A DNA stretch of 64,000 nt, taken from contig JAJDER010000038.1 of assembly GCA_029259725.1 (NCBI GenBank), forward strand, positions 5,784 through 69,783, given 5' to 3'. Of this stretch, positions 40,698 to 50,986 are shown in pieces. Within the stretch, counting starts at the first letter, position 1. Every line of letters begins with the position of its first letter. This stretch comes from Planctomycetota bacterium (GTDB lineage Bacteria; Planctomycetota; B15-G4). Position numbers and translations under genes: made by a program. Below the pieces are notes generated by a model, which did no database searches, was not told the origin of the DNA, and worked only from the letters and a program-made list of their open reading frames with translations.

Positions 40698-41969
40698 CTA
40701 CGCCTTCACCAGCACCAGCTCCGTCTGCCGGCCATCCACGTAGCGCACCGCGCTGCCGTCGTAGACCGCCTCTTCCTCGAGCATGATGTGCACGTCGAGG
40801 TCGCCCCACTCGGGGATGGCCATGGTGTTGTCGAGCTCGATTGCGTGCAGCGTGTCGGCCTCCAGCACGGCCTGCTCGCCCCAGCCGGGGACGCCGTCCT
40901 GTCGGTCCCACAGGCCGATGGTCGGGCCGGCGCCGTGGACCACGTGGTCCACCGGGTGCGTGTAGATGCGTGGACGCAGGCCCTCGGCCTCGCACTGCGC
41001 GCGCGTGGCGGCCAGGATCGAGTCGCCGTTGGCGCCGACCTCGAAGTGGTCGCAGAGGATGTCCTGCACGCGGTTGGCGGCGGCCAGCGCGGCGACCAGG
41101 CCCGCCGGCGCCGCGGTCTCGCCGGGTTTCAGCACGTAGGCGTGGCGCTGCGCGTCGGTGGCGAAGCCCAGGTAGTCGACGCCGACGTCGATGTGCAGCA
41201 GGTCGCCGGGGCGGATCACGTCGCCGCCGTCACGGTCCGCGAAGGACCCGTCGTGCACCGCCGAGGGACGCTGCACCGTGGCCGAAGGTTGGAACGACGG
41301 CGTGAGCGTGGCCTCGGCGATGCGCTGGCGGTACCACCACGCGAGGTCGGTGGTGGTCGTCTTGCCCGGCGCCAGCGCCGGGCGCTCCAGCCCCTCGGCC
41401 ATGATCGCGTGGGCGATGCGGCAGCCCGCGGCGAACCCCTCGACCTCCGTGGGCAACCGTCGCGAGAGCCAGCTCAGCGCGAGCTGCCCGGCGGGCACCA
41501 CGCGCTCGCGCAGCGCCGGCGACAGCGCGGCGAGGAACGCGTCGCGCTCCGACGCGGTGAGTCCGTCGGCCAGGCCGTAGACCGGCGAGGTGTTGACGGC
41601 GATGCGCGACGGACCGCGCGCGGCGATGAGTTCGGTCGTGCGCGCCCACTGGTCGGGATGGGTGTCGGGGTCCCAGGAGGCGGTGAACGCATCGCCCACC
41701 GCGTAGCGCGCGACGGCCAGGGTCTCGACGCCGTCGCTCCCGCCGCGGTCGAAGAGCAGCAGCGTCGTGCGCCGCGGCGCCTGCAGCCAGGAACTCGGCA
41801 GCATCGAGCGCAGCACCGGGTCCTCGTTGAACGATCGCCCGCTGATCATCCAGCAGTCGACGCCGGCGGCGCGCAGCATGCCCGGACCGAAGCGCTGCAG
41901 ACGCTCGGCCAGCCATCGGTCGCGCTGCTCACCCTGCTCACGCAGGGTCAGGATGGGGGGGACGGGCAT
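40698..41969 (-). CDS. M24 family (Xaa-Pro aminopeptidase-like) metallopeptidase
   Basis: VIRPGDLLHIDVG..YLGFATDAQR, HPVDHVVHGAGPTIG, ELD..EE; start re-assigned to ATG 41969. Confidence 0.85.
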   Translation of the reverse strand: MPVPPILTLREQGEQRDRWLAERLQRFGPGMLRAAGVDCWMISGRSFNEDPVLRSMLPSSWLQAPRRTTLLLFDRGGSDGVETLAVARYAVGDAFTASWDPDTHPDQWARTTELIAARGPSRIAVNTSPVYGLADGLTASERDAFLAALSPALRERVVPAGQLALSWLSRRLPTEVEGFAAGCRIAHAIMAEGLERPALAPGKTTTTDLAWWYRQRIAEATLTPSFQPSATVQRPSAVHDGSFADRDGGDVIRPGDLLHIDVGVDYLGFATDAQRHAYVLKPGETAAPAGLVAALAAANRVQDILCDHFEVGANGDSILAATRAQCEAEGLRPRIYTHPVDHVVHGAGPTIGLWDRQDGVPGWGEQAVLEADTLHAIELDNTMAIPEWGDLDVHIMLEEEAVYDGSAVRYVDGRQTELVLVKA

Positions 41970-42059
41970 TGCGGCTCCTCCGTCGACGGGTGGGATATCG
42001 TACCGCGAGCGAACTGGGGGATGCGCAACGCCGCGACCTGCGGCATGTTCTTGGAGGCC

Positions 42060-42995
42060 ATGACCGAGATCCTCCCGACCGCCCCGCGCTGGCGCCGACC
42101 GCTCGTCCTGGTCACGCTGCTGCTGCTGGCCTACGGCCTGCTGAGCTGGAGCGTGGCTGGCATCGTGATCGGTGCGCACCACCGGCCCGAGGTCACAACG
42201 CCCGCGGACTTCGGGCTGGAGTATGAGTCGATCACGCTGACCTCCGAGGACGGTGTCGAGCTCCAGGCCTGGCTGGTGGAGCCGGTGGAGGGGCCGGGGC
42301 CCGAGAGCTGGATGCGCTGGGACGGGGGTGCGCCGCGCGGCACCGTGCTCGTCTTCCACGGCATCGGCGGCGACCGGCCGGCGCACTACCAGTACCTGCT
42401 CGCGCACGCCGGCTACCGCGCGATCGCCGTGGACCACCGCGCGCACGGGCGCAGCGGCGGGGAGATCTGCTCCTTCGGCTGGTACGAGCGCCTGGACGTC
42501 GAGGCCGGCGTCACGTACGCGCGCGAGCGCTGGCCCGGAGAGCCGCTGGGCGCGCTGGGCCTCTCCATGGGCGCCGCGGCCATCGCCTGCGCTCCGTCCG
42601 CGCGAGACTTCGACGCGATCGTGCTGGAGTCCGTCTACGCCGACGTCGACAGCGCCTACCGCACGCGCATGGATCTCTACTTCCCGGCCTGGGTCCACCC
42701 CCTCGCCTGGCTGTCGCGGCAGTTCGTCGAGGTGCGCCTCGACGCGAGCGCCGAGGACCTGAGCCCGGTGGACCGCCTGTCGGAGATCGACCCGTCCCGC
42801 CTGCTCATGGTGCGCGGCGCCGACGACGAGCTGGTGTCCGAGGGCGAGTACCAGCGCCTGCGCGCCGCGGTCCCCGACGCGGAGTGGATCGTGCTCGAGG
42901 GCCGCGGCCACGAGTCCTTCGTGCCGGGCGCGGGCCAGCCGTACCGGCAGCGGGTCGTCTCGTTCCTGTGGAAGCGGATGGACGGGCCGCGCTGA
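42060..42995 (+). CDS. Membrane-anchored alpha/beta hydrolase
   Basis: GGAGG SD, N-terminal TM, VLVFHG, DHRAHGRSGG, GLSMGAA nucleophile elbow, GADD, GRGH. Confidence 0.9.
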   Translation: MTEILPTAPRWRRPLVLVTLLLLAYGLLSWSVAGIVIGAHHRPEVTTPADFGLEYESITLTSEDGVELQAWLVEPVEGPGPESWMRWDGGAPRGTVLVFHGIGGDRPAHYQYLLAHAGYRAIAVDHRAHGRSGGEICSFGWYERLDVEAGVTYARERWPGEPLGALGLSMGAAAIACAPSARDFDAIVLESVYADVDSAYRTRMDLYFPAWVHPLAWLSRQFVEVRLDASAEDLSPVDRLSEIDPSRLLMVRGADDELVSEGEYQRLRAAVPDAEWIVLEGRGHESFVPGAGQPYRQRVVSFLWKRMDGPR

Positions 42996-43004
42996 AGGAG
43001 CAGC

Positions 43005-44831
43005 TCAGCGCGTGGTCAGCTCCAGCGTGTTCGAGGCGCACCAGCCGAAGACGGCGCCGGCATCCACGATCCAGTGCTGGATCCAGACCTCGGTGCCGGC
43101 CGGCACGCCCGGGGGCACCTCGAACAGGGTGAGGTTGTCGCCGGTGGGGGTCAGCGGCACCGCCACGAGGAGGTCGGGCGACGGTCCCAGCACACCGCCC
43201 TTGAACGGCGCGTCGATCGCCGAGAATCCGGCGATGAGCAGGCTGGTGCCGGCGTCGGGCGCGTCGACCAGGCACAGCTCGTTGAAGACTTCCTCCCCGG
43301 CGACGGCGGCGCCGCAGCCGCGCAGCAGCGGAACGGCCATCGCGTTGACGGCCAGACCCCGGAACTCATCGTGCACGTCTCCGAGCTTCGTCACCCCGCC
43401 CGTCGTCGTGATCGTGCACAGCGTCCGGGCCAGATCCGTGACCAGCAGCAGGCCGTCGTCCCGCACGGCCATGCCCAGGATCTCGTCGTAGTTGTGGCCC
43501 GACAGCGGGACGTTGACCACGGGCGCGCCGCTCGGGTGCACCGTCTCCAGGATCTCCGCGGTGTTGGGCGTCCCGATGCCCGAGGCGTGGTAGAGCAGGC
43601 CTTCGCCCGGGTGATAGACGATCTGCTCGCCGTCGGTGCCGTTGCCCAGGGGCGCCAGCAGCGTCGGCGTGCCGTCGGTCAGGTCGACCGTGTAGAGCGT
43701 CTCGGGCGTGTTCGCTCCGTCGCCCGTGACCGCGTAGAGGGTGCCGTCCGCGGCGAAGGTCAGGCCCGAGAACCGGTCACCCAGCCCGCCGATGTCGACC
43801 GTGTCGCCCGTCAGCAGATCCACCTTGACGAGGCGGCGGATCTCGTCACCCGGGACGATGGCGTAGGACTCACCGGTCTGGGGGTGGCGGGACAGTCCGT
43901 AGCACTTGCTGACGCCCAGGGACAGGGTCGAGTGGGTGATGAACTCCCCCGTGTGCGCGTTCAGGCGCTCGATCCTCCCGCCCTTGGTGATGGCCCAGAT
44001 CTGGTTCGGGTTCGGCCCGGTGAGCAGGCCCGGCCCGTGCAGGCGGAACGCATTGGGCGCGCCGACGAGCGACAGGCCGCTCGTGAGGGGCAGGTGGCCG
44101 ACTTCGGTCACCACGCCGCTGGTCGTGACCTCGAACAGGCGGCCGTCCTGCTCGTCCACCAGCAGCAGGATGTCCTCGGTGAGGTGGATGACGTCGGACA
44201 CGCCGCCGAAGTCGTCGCCCGAGAGCGGGATCGGCACGATCGGTGAGCCGCTGGGGTCGACGACCTCCAGGACCTCGTCCACGTTGGGCATGCCGTCGCC
44301 GGACACGTGGTAGAGCAGGCCGTCGATCGGGTTGAAGGCGATCGCCTCGCCCTGGGTGCCGGCGCCGAGCGGCGTGATGAGCGTGGGCGTGCCGTCGGTC
44401 GTGTCGATCAGGTAGAGCGCCTCGGGGACGCCCGCATCGTCGGCGGTCACGGCGTAGAGCGTGCCGTCGCGGCCGAAGGTGAGCCGCTCGAACGAGTCGC
44501 CGGTGTTGCCGACGTCGGTGCCGGAGCCGGTCTCGGGATCCACCGCGATGAGGTGTCGCCCGCTGACCATCAACACGTCCATGAAGGTGTACAGCTGCCC
44601 GGTCTGCGGATGGAGGGCGAGGCCGTGCGCCCCCTGGATGTCCAGCCCCGGGACATCCAGGAACGCGGCGTCCAGGGTCCAGCCTCCCGACAGATCCACC
44701 GTGCGCAGGATGAGCCCCTCCACGGACCAGGCGCTGTTCTGCGGGCAGAGCGGGTCCTCCAAGGCCTCGGCCGGAGACGGGCCCGGCATCAAGATGACCA
44801 GCAGCGTGAAGGCAAGGGTTCTCGCGCGCAT
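43005..44831 (-). CDS. Secreted beta-propeller repeat protein (internally duplicated) with C-terminal domain
   Basis: Signal peptide; two copies of LTF..DGTLYAVT...LY..D.TDGTPTL..PLG.GT.GE.I...P..GLLYH.SG. Confidence 0.75.
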   Translation of the reverse strand: MRARTLAFTLLVILMPGPSPAEALEDPLCPQNSAWSVEGLILRTVDLSGGWTLDAAFLDVPGLDIQGAHGLALHPQTGQLYTFMDVLMVSGRHLIAVDPETGSGTDVGNTGDSFERLTFGRDGTLYAVTADDAGVPEALYLIDTTDGTPTLITPLGAGTQGEAIAFNPIDGLLYHVSGDGMPNVDEVLEVVDPSGSPIVPIPLSGDDFGGVSDVIHLTEDILLLVDEQDGRLFEVTTSGVVTEVGHLPLTSGLSLVGAPNAFRLHGPGLLTGPNPNQIWAITKGGRIERLNAHTGEFITHSTLSLGVSKCYGLSRHPQTGESYAIVPGDEIRRLVKVDLLTGDTVDIGGLGDRFSGLTFAADGTLYAVTGDGANTPETLYTVDLTDGTPTLLAPLGNGTDGEQIVYHPGEGLLYHASGIGTPNTAEILETVHPSGAPVVNVPLSGHNYDEILGMAVRDDGLLLVTDLARTLCTITTTGGVTKLGDVHDEFRGLAVNAMAVPLLRGCGAAVAGEEVFNELCLVDAPDAGTSLLIAGFSAIDAPFKGGVLGPSPDLLVAVPLTPTGDNLTLFEVPPGVPAGTEVWIQHWIVDAGAVFGWCASNTLELTTR

Positions 44832-44885
44832 GGGGCTCCTCTCCGCGACGTGTCCGTCTTCCCAAGCCCCGAGGATACCGCACCG

Positions 44886-46031
44886 CTACGAACCCGGCAG
44901 CAGGTCGGCCAGCGCCTCGCCGATCGCCTGCGTCGCCAGTGCGTGGCCGATCTCGTTCGGGTGGTGATCGGTGGGGTGCACCCACAGCGACGCGGCGTCG
45001 TGTCCGCGGAAGGCCGGCAGCAGGTCCACGTAGCGCACGCCGAACTCGTCCAGCAAGCGGTGCAGCTGCTCGTGCAGTGCCGCGTAGGGATAGTCGCCGT
45101 CGAGGTTCACGAGCACCGGGAAGATGACCACCACGAAGTCCATGTCGCGCTTGGTCATGACGCGCCACTCGTCGGTGGCCTCGACCATCTTGCGCAGGTA
45201 GCGGCGACCCGTCTCCCAGGCCTCGCCCTGCTCGTCGTAGGCGTCGAAGTACTGCTGCGCCGTCATCGCCGAGAGCTTCGTCTGGGCCGCGCCGCGCCGG
45301 TACATGTCATAGAGCACCGAGACGGCGGCCAGGCCCTCGGACGGGCCGTTCGCCGCCTGGTAGGCGTCGCCGAGCTGGCGGTCCTCGCCCGTGCCCTGGA
45401 AGAAGAAGTCGTTGAGGAAGAGGCCGTACAGCAGCAGGTCCGGGTCGTAGGCGAGGCCCTTGTGCTTCATGTAGGTGTGCACGTCCTTGATCGTGTAGCC
45501 GGGCACGCCCAGGTTGACCGAGTCGGCGCGCGTGGGCGCGTCGCGCGTGCCGTCGAGTCGCGCCTGCACCAGCTGCTGCAACTGATGCACCCAGGTCACC
45601 TCGTAGGGCACGCCGTCGCCGAAGGTGAAGCTGTCGCCCACCGCGGCGATGCGATAGGTGCCCTCGGGCTTGGGCACCGGGACCAGCGGGCCGCGCAGGT
45701 GTTCCGCGTTGATCTGGATCTCGACACAGCCGTTGTCGTCCATGTAGGGCCGAGCGAAACCGAACGAGACGTCGTAGCAGAGCTTGAAGTGGATGCCGGG
45801 CAGGAACTCGCCGCGCACCTCGCGCAGCGGGCCCTCGGGGCTCCGCTTCATGAGCACGTCGGTGCCCCATTGCTGCAGGAACACGTCCTTCTTGCCTTGG
45901 ACTCCGAAGACGCCGCGCAGCTGATGCGCGGGCGGGCGCGTGTCGGTGAGGCGGGCGGCACCCTCGGCGAGCAGCAACGCCACCGTCGTGGCCAGCACCA
46001 GCAGCGCCATCTTCGCGAGCGTGCGCTTCAT
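44886..46031 (-). CDS. Membrane-anchored SGNH/GDSL hydrolase
   Basis: IAAVGDSFTFG, NLGVPGY, LNDF, DHHPN. Confidence 0.88.
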   Translation of the reverse strand: MKRTLAKMALLVLATTVALLLAEGAARLTDTRPPAHQLRGVFGVQGKKDVFLQQWGTDVLMKRSPEGPLREVRGEFLPGIHFKLCYDVSFGFARPYMDDNGCVEIQINAEHLRGPLVPVPKPEGTYRIAAVGDSFTFGDGVPYEVTWVHQLQQLVQARLDGTRDAPTRADSVNLGVPGYTIKDVHTYMKHKGLAYDPDLLLYGLFLNDFFFQGTGEDRQLGDAYQAANGPSEGLAAVSVLYDMYRRGAAQTKLSAMTAQQYFDAYDEQGEAWETGRRYLRKMVEATDEWRVMTKRDMDFVVVIFPVLVNLDGDYPYAALHEQLHRLLDEFGVRYVDLLPAFRGHDAASLWVHPTDHHPNEIGHALATQAIGEALADLLPGS

Positions 46032-46208
46032 CGGTGGCGAGGGCGCGAGGACGGGATCACCGCGTGACCGTAGCAGGGGGCGTGGTGGCCCGGAAGCCGC
46101 AAGCGTCCCGGTGGACGGGAGTGGACCGCGCTCTTACCCTTGGCCGACATGCGTGCGGCGGGAGACGCGCGCGATTCCAGCGCACGGCGGCCGGAAAGGG
46201 GATCGCAG

Positions 46209-47162
46209 ATGGCTTCAGAGTGGTACGTCCGCACGAAGGCGGGAGAGCAGGGTCCGTACTCGGCGGGCAAGCTCAAGGCTCTCGCCGCGGCCGGCAGGAT
46301 CAGGGCGACCACGCCGATCCGCCGCGACGACGCCGACCAGTTCGTGCCCGCCGGCAAGTTGAAGGGGCTCTTCCCGGACGAGGTGGAGGGCGCCGCCGAC
46401 GCCGCGGCTCCCGAGCGTCCGGCCGCACACGAGGCGGCGCGCCCGAGCGGCAGTCGACGCAGCGGAAGGCGTGGCGGCGGCAAGCGGGCGCCGCGCAGTG
46501 CCGGCTCCGCGGGGGGCCGCTGGCAGCCCGTTGTCACGCTCGGTTGGATCGTCGTGTCGTCCCTGGTCGTCTTCGCCGTCTGCGACGCCCACCAGGCTCT
46601 CCGGATGCAGGCGCAGCTCGACTATCTTGAGGGCGTCGCGGAGACCGGTGGATACGTCGAAGCCGAGGCCCTGGAGGTCGACGACGCCGCTCGACTCGCG
46701 ACCCTGGTCACCCTGGGCGCGCTGTTCGTCACGGGGCTCCTCTTCATCATCTGGTTCCACCGCAGCTACAGGAACCTGGGCGCCCTCGGCGCCCGCCGGG
46801 CGCGCGGCACCGGCTGGGCCATCGGCGCCTGGTTCGTGCCCTTCCTGAATCTCTGGTGGCCGTTCCAGATGGCGGCGGAGATCCAGCGACGGGTCGACGC
46901 GCCGGCCAAGGCCCTGCTGATCGCGTGGTGGATCGCCTGGGTGATGCCCGCGACCGTAGGCAACGTTGCGGAGGTCGTCTGGGGTTCGGAAGCGGCGGTG
47001 CCGGGGCTGCAGGGCCAGGCCTTGCTGGCCGCGATGGCAAACGATCACACGATCGCGATGGGGACCATCGGCATGCGCATGCTGGCCGCGGTCCTCGCCA
47101 TCGTGGTCGTGGTGCACATGTCGAAGGCTCAACAGGCCTGCGCTTCCGAGGCCGCGCTCTAG
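46209..47162 (+). CDS. GYF_2 (DUF4339) + DUF4328 membrane protein
   Basis: WYVRTKAGEQGPYSAGKLKAL; FIIWFHRSYRNL, GWAIGAWFVPFLNLWWPFQM. Alternative in-frame start at 46149. Confidence 0.75.
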   Translation: MASEWYVRTKAGEQGPYSAGKLKALAAAGRIRATTPIRRDDADQFVPAGKLKGLFPDEVEGAADAAAPERPAAHEAARPSGSRRSGRRGGGKRAPRSAGSAGGRWQPVVTLGWIVVSSLVVFAVCDAHQALRMQAQLDYLEGVAETGGYVEAEALEVDDAARLATLVTLGALFVTGLLFIIWFHRSYRNLGALGARRARGTGWAIGAWFVPFLNLWWPFQMAAEIQRRVDAPAKALLIAWWIAWVMPATVGNVAEVVWGSEAAVPGLQGQALLAAMANDHTIAMGTIGMRMLAAVLAIVVVVHMSKAQQACASEAAL

Positions 47163-47195
47163 GAGCGCTTGCAGGCGGGTCCACGCCGGCGGTCC

Positions 47196-48500
47196 CTACG
47201 CCGGCAGCCCCTCGTCCGCGACCTGCTCCATCGCGCTGCAGAAGCGATCGAGTTCCTCGCGCGTGGTGTACACGCTGCCCGACACGCGCGCGCCGCTGAA
47301 GTCCTCATGCGTGATCCCCGTGACCAGGATGCGGTGCACGTTCCAGAGGTGCCGGACCAGCGCGCCGGTGTCGACACCATCGATGGCGACGTTGCCGATA
47401 CCGCACGAGAAGCGCGGATCGAGACTGGTGTTGAGCCGGATGCGCGGATGCTCGAGCAGGCGCTCGGCCCACACGTCACGCAGGTAGCGCAGGCGGGCCT
47501 CCTTGCGCGCGCCCCCGAGCGCCTGATGGAAGGTGAGCGCCTCGCCGATGGCGAGGTAGGGCGCGATGGGGTGCGTGCCGATCTGCTCGAACTTGCGGAT
47601 GTCGCCGCGCTCGTCTTCGGACGCGGCCATGAGCGGCCAGGTCGACTCGATGTATTCCTTCCGCACCCACAGGAAGCCCGTGCCGATGGGCGCGAAGAGC
47701 CACTTGTGCAGGCTGGCGCTGTAGTTGTCGCAGCCGAGTTCGGGCAGCGTGAAGTCCAGCTGCGCGAGGGCGTGCGCGCCGTCCACGATGACCGGGATGC
47801 CGTGTCGACGCGCCATGGCGCAGACCGCCTTCACCGGGAGCACCTGCCCGGTGAGGTTGATCATGTGGCACATCAGGATCAGCCGGGTGCGCTCGGTGAT
47901 CGCGTTCTCGAAGCGGCGCACGATCTCGTCCTCGTCCTCGGCCGGGACCGGCAGCTTGATCAGGTCGAGCACCAGGTCGTCCCGCGCGACCCGCTGGCGG
48001 AAGGTGTTGAGCATGCGCGGATAGTCCTGGTCGGTGGTCAGGACGTGGTCGCCGGCGCTGAGGTCGGCGCCGAACTGCAGGATCTGCAGGGACTCCGACG
48101 CATTGCGCGTGATCGCGACTTCCTCGGTGTCCGCCGCCCACTGGAGCGCCATGCGCTGGCGGATGGCCTCGACCTGGGGGCGCAGCACGCGCCACATGGC
48201 GTAGGGCGGCGCGTTGTTGCTGAAGTCCAGGTGGCGCTTCTGCGCGTCGAGCGCCGGCTGGACCGTCGGACTCACGCCGCCGTTGTTGAGGTTGACCAGG
48301 CTGCGATCGACGGTGAAGGCCTGGCCGACCTCGAACCAGAAGTCCTCGTCGCGCGCCACGTCCTCGGCGGACGGGCCGCCGGGTCCGAGGGGCGGCAGCT
48401 GGCCCAGCACGGCCAGGGCGCGGACCGGGTCGAACACGCCGGCCGCCACGGCCGCCACGGGCGCGCCGAGAGCACCGAGGAATCGTCGTCGGTCGAGCAT
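47196..48500 (-). CDS. Tat-exported class V PLP enzyme (isopenicillin-N-epimerase / cysteine-desulfurase-like)
   Basis: DRRRFLG Tat motif, NLNNGGVSP, ITRNASE, VDGAHA, SLHKWL. Confidence 0.9.
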   Translation of the reverse strand: MLDRRRFLGALGAPVAAVAAGVFDPVRALAVLGQLPPLGPGGPSAEDVARDEDFWFEVGQAFTVDRSLVNLNNGGVSPTVQPALDAQKRHLDFSNNAPPYAMWRVLRPQVEAIRQRMALQWAADTEEVAITRNASESLQILQFGADLSAGDHVLTTDQDYPRMLNTFRQRVARDDLVLDLIKLPVPAEDEDEIVRRFENAITERTRLILMCHMINLTGQVLPVKAVCAMARRHGIPVIVDGAHALAQLDFTLPELGCDNYSASLHKWLFAPIGTGFLWVRKEYIESTWPLMAASEDERGDIRKFEQIGTHPIAPYLAIGEALTFHQALGGARKEARLRYLRDVWAERLLEHPRIRLNTSLDPRFSCGIGNVAIDGVDTGALVRHLWNVHRILVTGITHEDFSGARVSGSVYTTREELDRFCSAMEQVADEGLPA

Positions 48501-48621
48501 GGCCGCTTCCCTGGGAGCGTGGCGTGCCCTCGCGGGCCGGGGGGGACGCCCCCGTCACTGTCCCATGATATCGGCGCATGCCAACCCGCCTCGCGGACGA
48601 GTTTGTGGTTGGATTGGGGCG

Positions 48622-50937
48622 ATGTGTGTCTCGATCCGACGTCGAACCGCCCTGGCCGTTTCCGGCACGATCCTCGCCGGCGCGCTGATCGGCTGCGGAG
48701 ATGCTGGCGAGCCCCGGACCCGCGTCGCGCTCGGCCCGGGCGTGAGCCTGCTCGATGCGCTGGGCTCGGCCCGCCTGCGCGGGGTGCCCGGCAGCAACCT
48801 CACGCCGGCCGTCGCCCGGTGGTTGGGACGTGCGCCCAGGACGACGATCGAGGCCGGGGCCTGGGGCCCGGGCAAGACCCTCGACGCCGAGTCCTTCGAC
48901 CAGAAGTGGTACCCGATGATGATGGGCCTGGCGGGCAAGACCCTGCAGCGCTGGCGCGCGGTGCCCGCGCTGCGGCCGGACATGCCCCTCGGTTCGGTGG
49001 AGCTGCGTCACGAGGAGCGCCTGATCACGACCATCGGCTGGCACGGCACCGAGGTCGATCCGGATCGCGATCGCGTGTGGTGGGATGCGGATGCGCGCCT
49101 CGCGTTCTGGTGGGACGCGGCGGGCGGCGGGTTGCTCGCGTTCGGCGAACGCGCACCGGGCGACGTGGAGCTCGCCTACGTCGGCGAGCGCGACCTGCTC
49201 TCGCGCTACGAGCGCGCGGCGGACGTGGAGGCCGTCGGGCGCGTCGGGCGCTTCCTGCTCGACGATGTGTCGCGCCCCGCCCTGCTGCTGCCGGCTCCCG
49301 GGAGCCTGGAGCTGGACCTGCCCGCGGGGGGCGGCCCCGGCGGCGAGGCGAGCGACGGGTTGAGGCTCGCCGTCGGACTGCCGGACCACGGCTTCGCGGA
49401 GGTCGACGGTGCGCTGCTCGCGGCCCCGGGGGCCAGCGACGGCGTGACCTTCGTGGTGGAAGTCGAGGATGACGCCGGAACGCACGAGCTCTGGCGTCGC
49501 CACCTGTCGCCGGGCGAGGGCTGGGTCCGCGCGCACGTCGCCTGGCCCGAGCCGTGGGCCGGCTCCGCCACCGTGCGCCTGCGCAGTGAACCGGGTCCCG
49601 CCGCCGACGCTGCCTTCGACTACGCGCTGTGGGCCGACCTGCGCCTCACCGGCCCGGTGGGCGCCGATCCCCGTCCGCACCTGCTGCTGATCGACATCGA
49701 CACGCTGCGCGCGGATCGCATCGGCCCGGCCGGCGCCGCGCGCGACACGACGCCGCGCCTCGACGCCTGGGCTCGACAGCACGCCGTGGTCTACACCGAT
49801 GCGCTGGCGACCGCGCCTTGGACCGTGCCCTCGACACTCTCGATCCTGACCGGCCTCGACGTGCTCCAGCACGGCGTCACGCACCGCAAATCGATGCGCA
49901 CGGACCTGGTCTCCGTCGCCGCGCGCCTGCGGGCCGCCGGCTACGAGACGGTGGCCGAGACCGGCGGCGGGTACCTGGTCCCGACCTTCGGGTTCGACGC
50001 CGGTTTCGACAGCTTCCGCTGGCGCGTCGACATGGACGGCAGCCTGGACGGCGCAGCGCTGCTGGAGGCGCTGGACGAGCGCCGCGGCCCACAGCCGGTG
50101 TTCGCCTTCCTGCACACCTACATGGTCCACGCGCCGTACCTCGCCGACGCGCGCTTCGACGATCCGGCGGAGCCCTACACCGGCCCCTGGGCCGGGCAGC
50201 CGGTGGACTTCTCGAACCTGATCGATCCGCACAAGCGCGGGCTGATCGACCTCGGCGATGCGGACCGGGCCTACGTGGAGCGCATGTACGACGCCGGTGT
50301 CGCGCGCATGGACGCGGCCCTCGGCGCCTTCCTGGACGGGTGGTTCGCGCGGGTGCCGCACGGCAGCACGGCGGTGGTGCTGACCTCGGACCACGGCGAG
50401 GAGCTCTTCGAGCACGGGCTGCTCAACCACGGGCACTCCCTGCACGGAGAACTGCTGCGTGTGCCGCTGGTGGTGGAGTGGCCGCGGCTCGCCCAGGGGG
50501 AGACCGCGCGCCCGCCGGGCATCGAGTCGCGGCCGGTGTCCACCCTGGACGTCGTGCCGACGCTGCTCCAGCTGGCCGGCGTGGCGGTGCCCGCGGACCT
50601 GCCCGGGCACTCCCTGCTGGCCGAACTCCCGGACGAGCGCGTGCGCATCGCGGTGCTGGGCGGCACCGACGGGGACGACGTGGCGGCGGTGACGTTCCGC
50701 GACGGCAAGCTCATCCAGGACGGCCGCGGCCCCCGGCTGTACAGGCTCTCGGACGACCCCGGTGAGCTACGCGACATCGCCGAGCGCAACCCGTCCCGGG
50801 TGCGCGACCTCGAGAGCCTGCTCGAGCAGTACCGGGCCCGCTATCCGCCGCTCGAGGGCACGGGCGAGGGTCTGCAACTCGACGCCGAGACGGAGGCCTC
50901 ACTGCGCGCGCTGGGCTACCTCGGCGGGGACGGCTGA
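48622..50937 (+). CDS. Lipoprotein with C-terminal sulfatase/alkaline-phosphatase-fold domain
   Basis: LIGC lipobox; LLLIDIDTLRAD, APWTVPSTLSILTG, FLHTYMVHAPY, TSDHGEEL.EHG...HG. Confidence 0.85.
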   Translation: MCVSIRRRTALAVSGTILAGALIGCGDAGEPRTRVALGPGVSLLDALGSARLRGVPGSNLTPAVARWLGRAPRTTIEAGAWGPGKTLDAESFDQKWYPMMMGLAGKTLQRWRAVPALRPDMPLGSVELRHEERLITTIGWHGTEVDPDRDRVWWDADARLAFWWDAAGGGLLAFGERAPGDVELAYVGERDLLSRYERAADVEAVGRVGRFLLDDVSRPALLLPAPGSLELDLPAGGGPGGEASDGLRLAVGLPDHGFAEVDGALLAAPGASDGVTFVVEVEDDAGTHELWRRHLSPGEGWVRAHVAWPEPWAGSATVRLRSEPGPAADAAFDYALWADLRLTGPVGADPRPHLLLIDIDTLRADRIGPAGAARDTTPRLDAWARQHAVVYTDALATAPWTVPSTLSILTGLDVLQHGVTHRKSMRTDLVSVAARLRAAGYETVAETGGGYLVPTFGFDAGFDSFRWRVDMDGSLDGAALLEALDERRGPQPVFAFLHTYMVHAPYLADARFDDPAEPYTGPWAGQPVDFSNLIDPHKRGLIDLGDADRAYVERMYDAGVARMDAALGAFLDGWFARVPHGSTAVVLTSDHGEELFEHGLLNHGHSLHGELLRVPLVVEWPRLAQGETARPPGIESRPVSTLDVVPTLLQLAGVAVPADLPGHSLLAELPDERVRIAVLGGTDGDDVAAVTFRDGKLIQDGRGPRLYRLSDDPGELRDIAERNPSRVRDLESLLEQYRARYPPLEGTGEGLQLDAETEASLRALGYLGGDG

Positions 50938-50947
50938 GCTTCGGCGC

Positions 50948-50986
50948 TTGACAGTGGACTCCATATTTCGATAGATATCGATCTAT
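50948..50986 (+). promoter_or_regulatory. arsR promoter/operator
   Basis: TTGACA at 50948 and inverted repeat TCGAT-N4-ATCGA (50968-50981) abutting the ATG, in an AT-rich patch. Confidence 0.65.
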
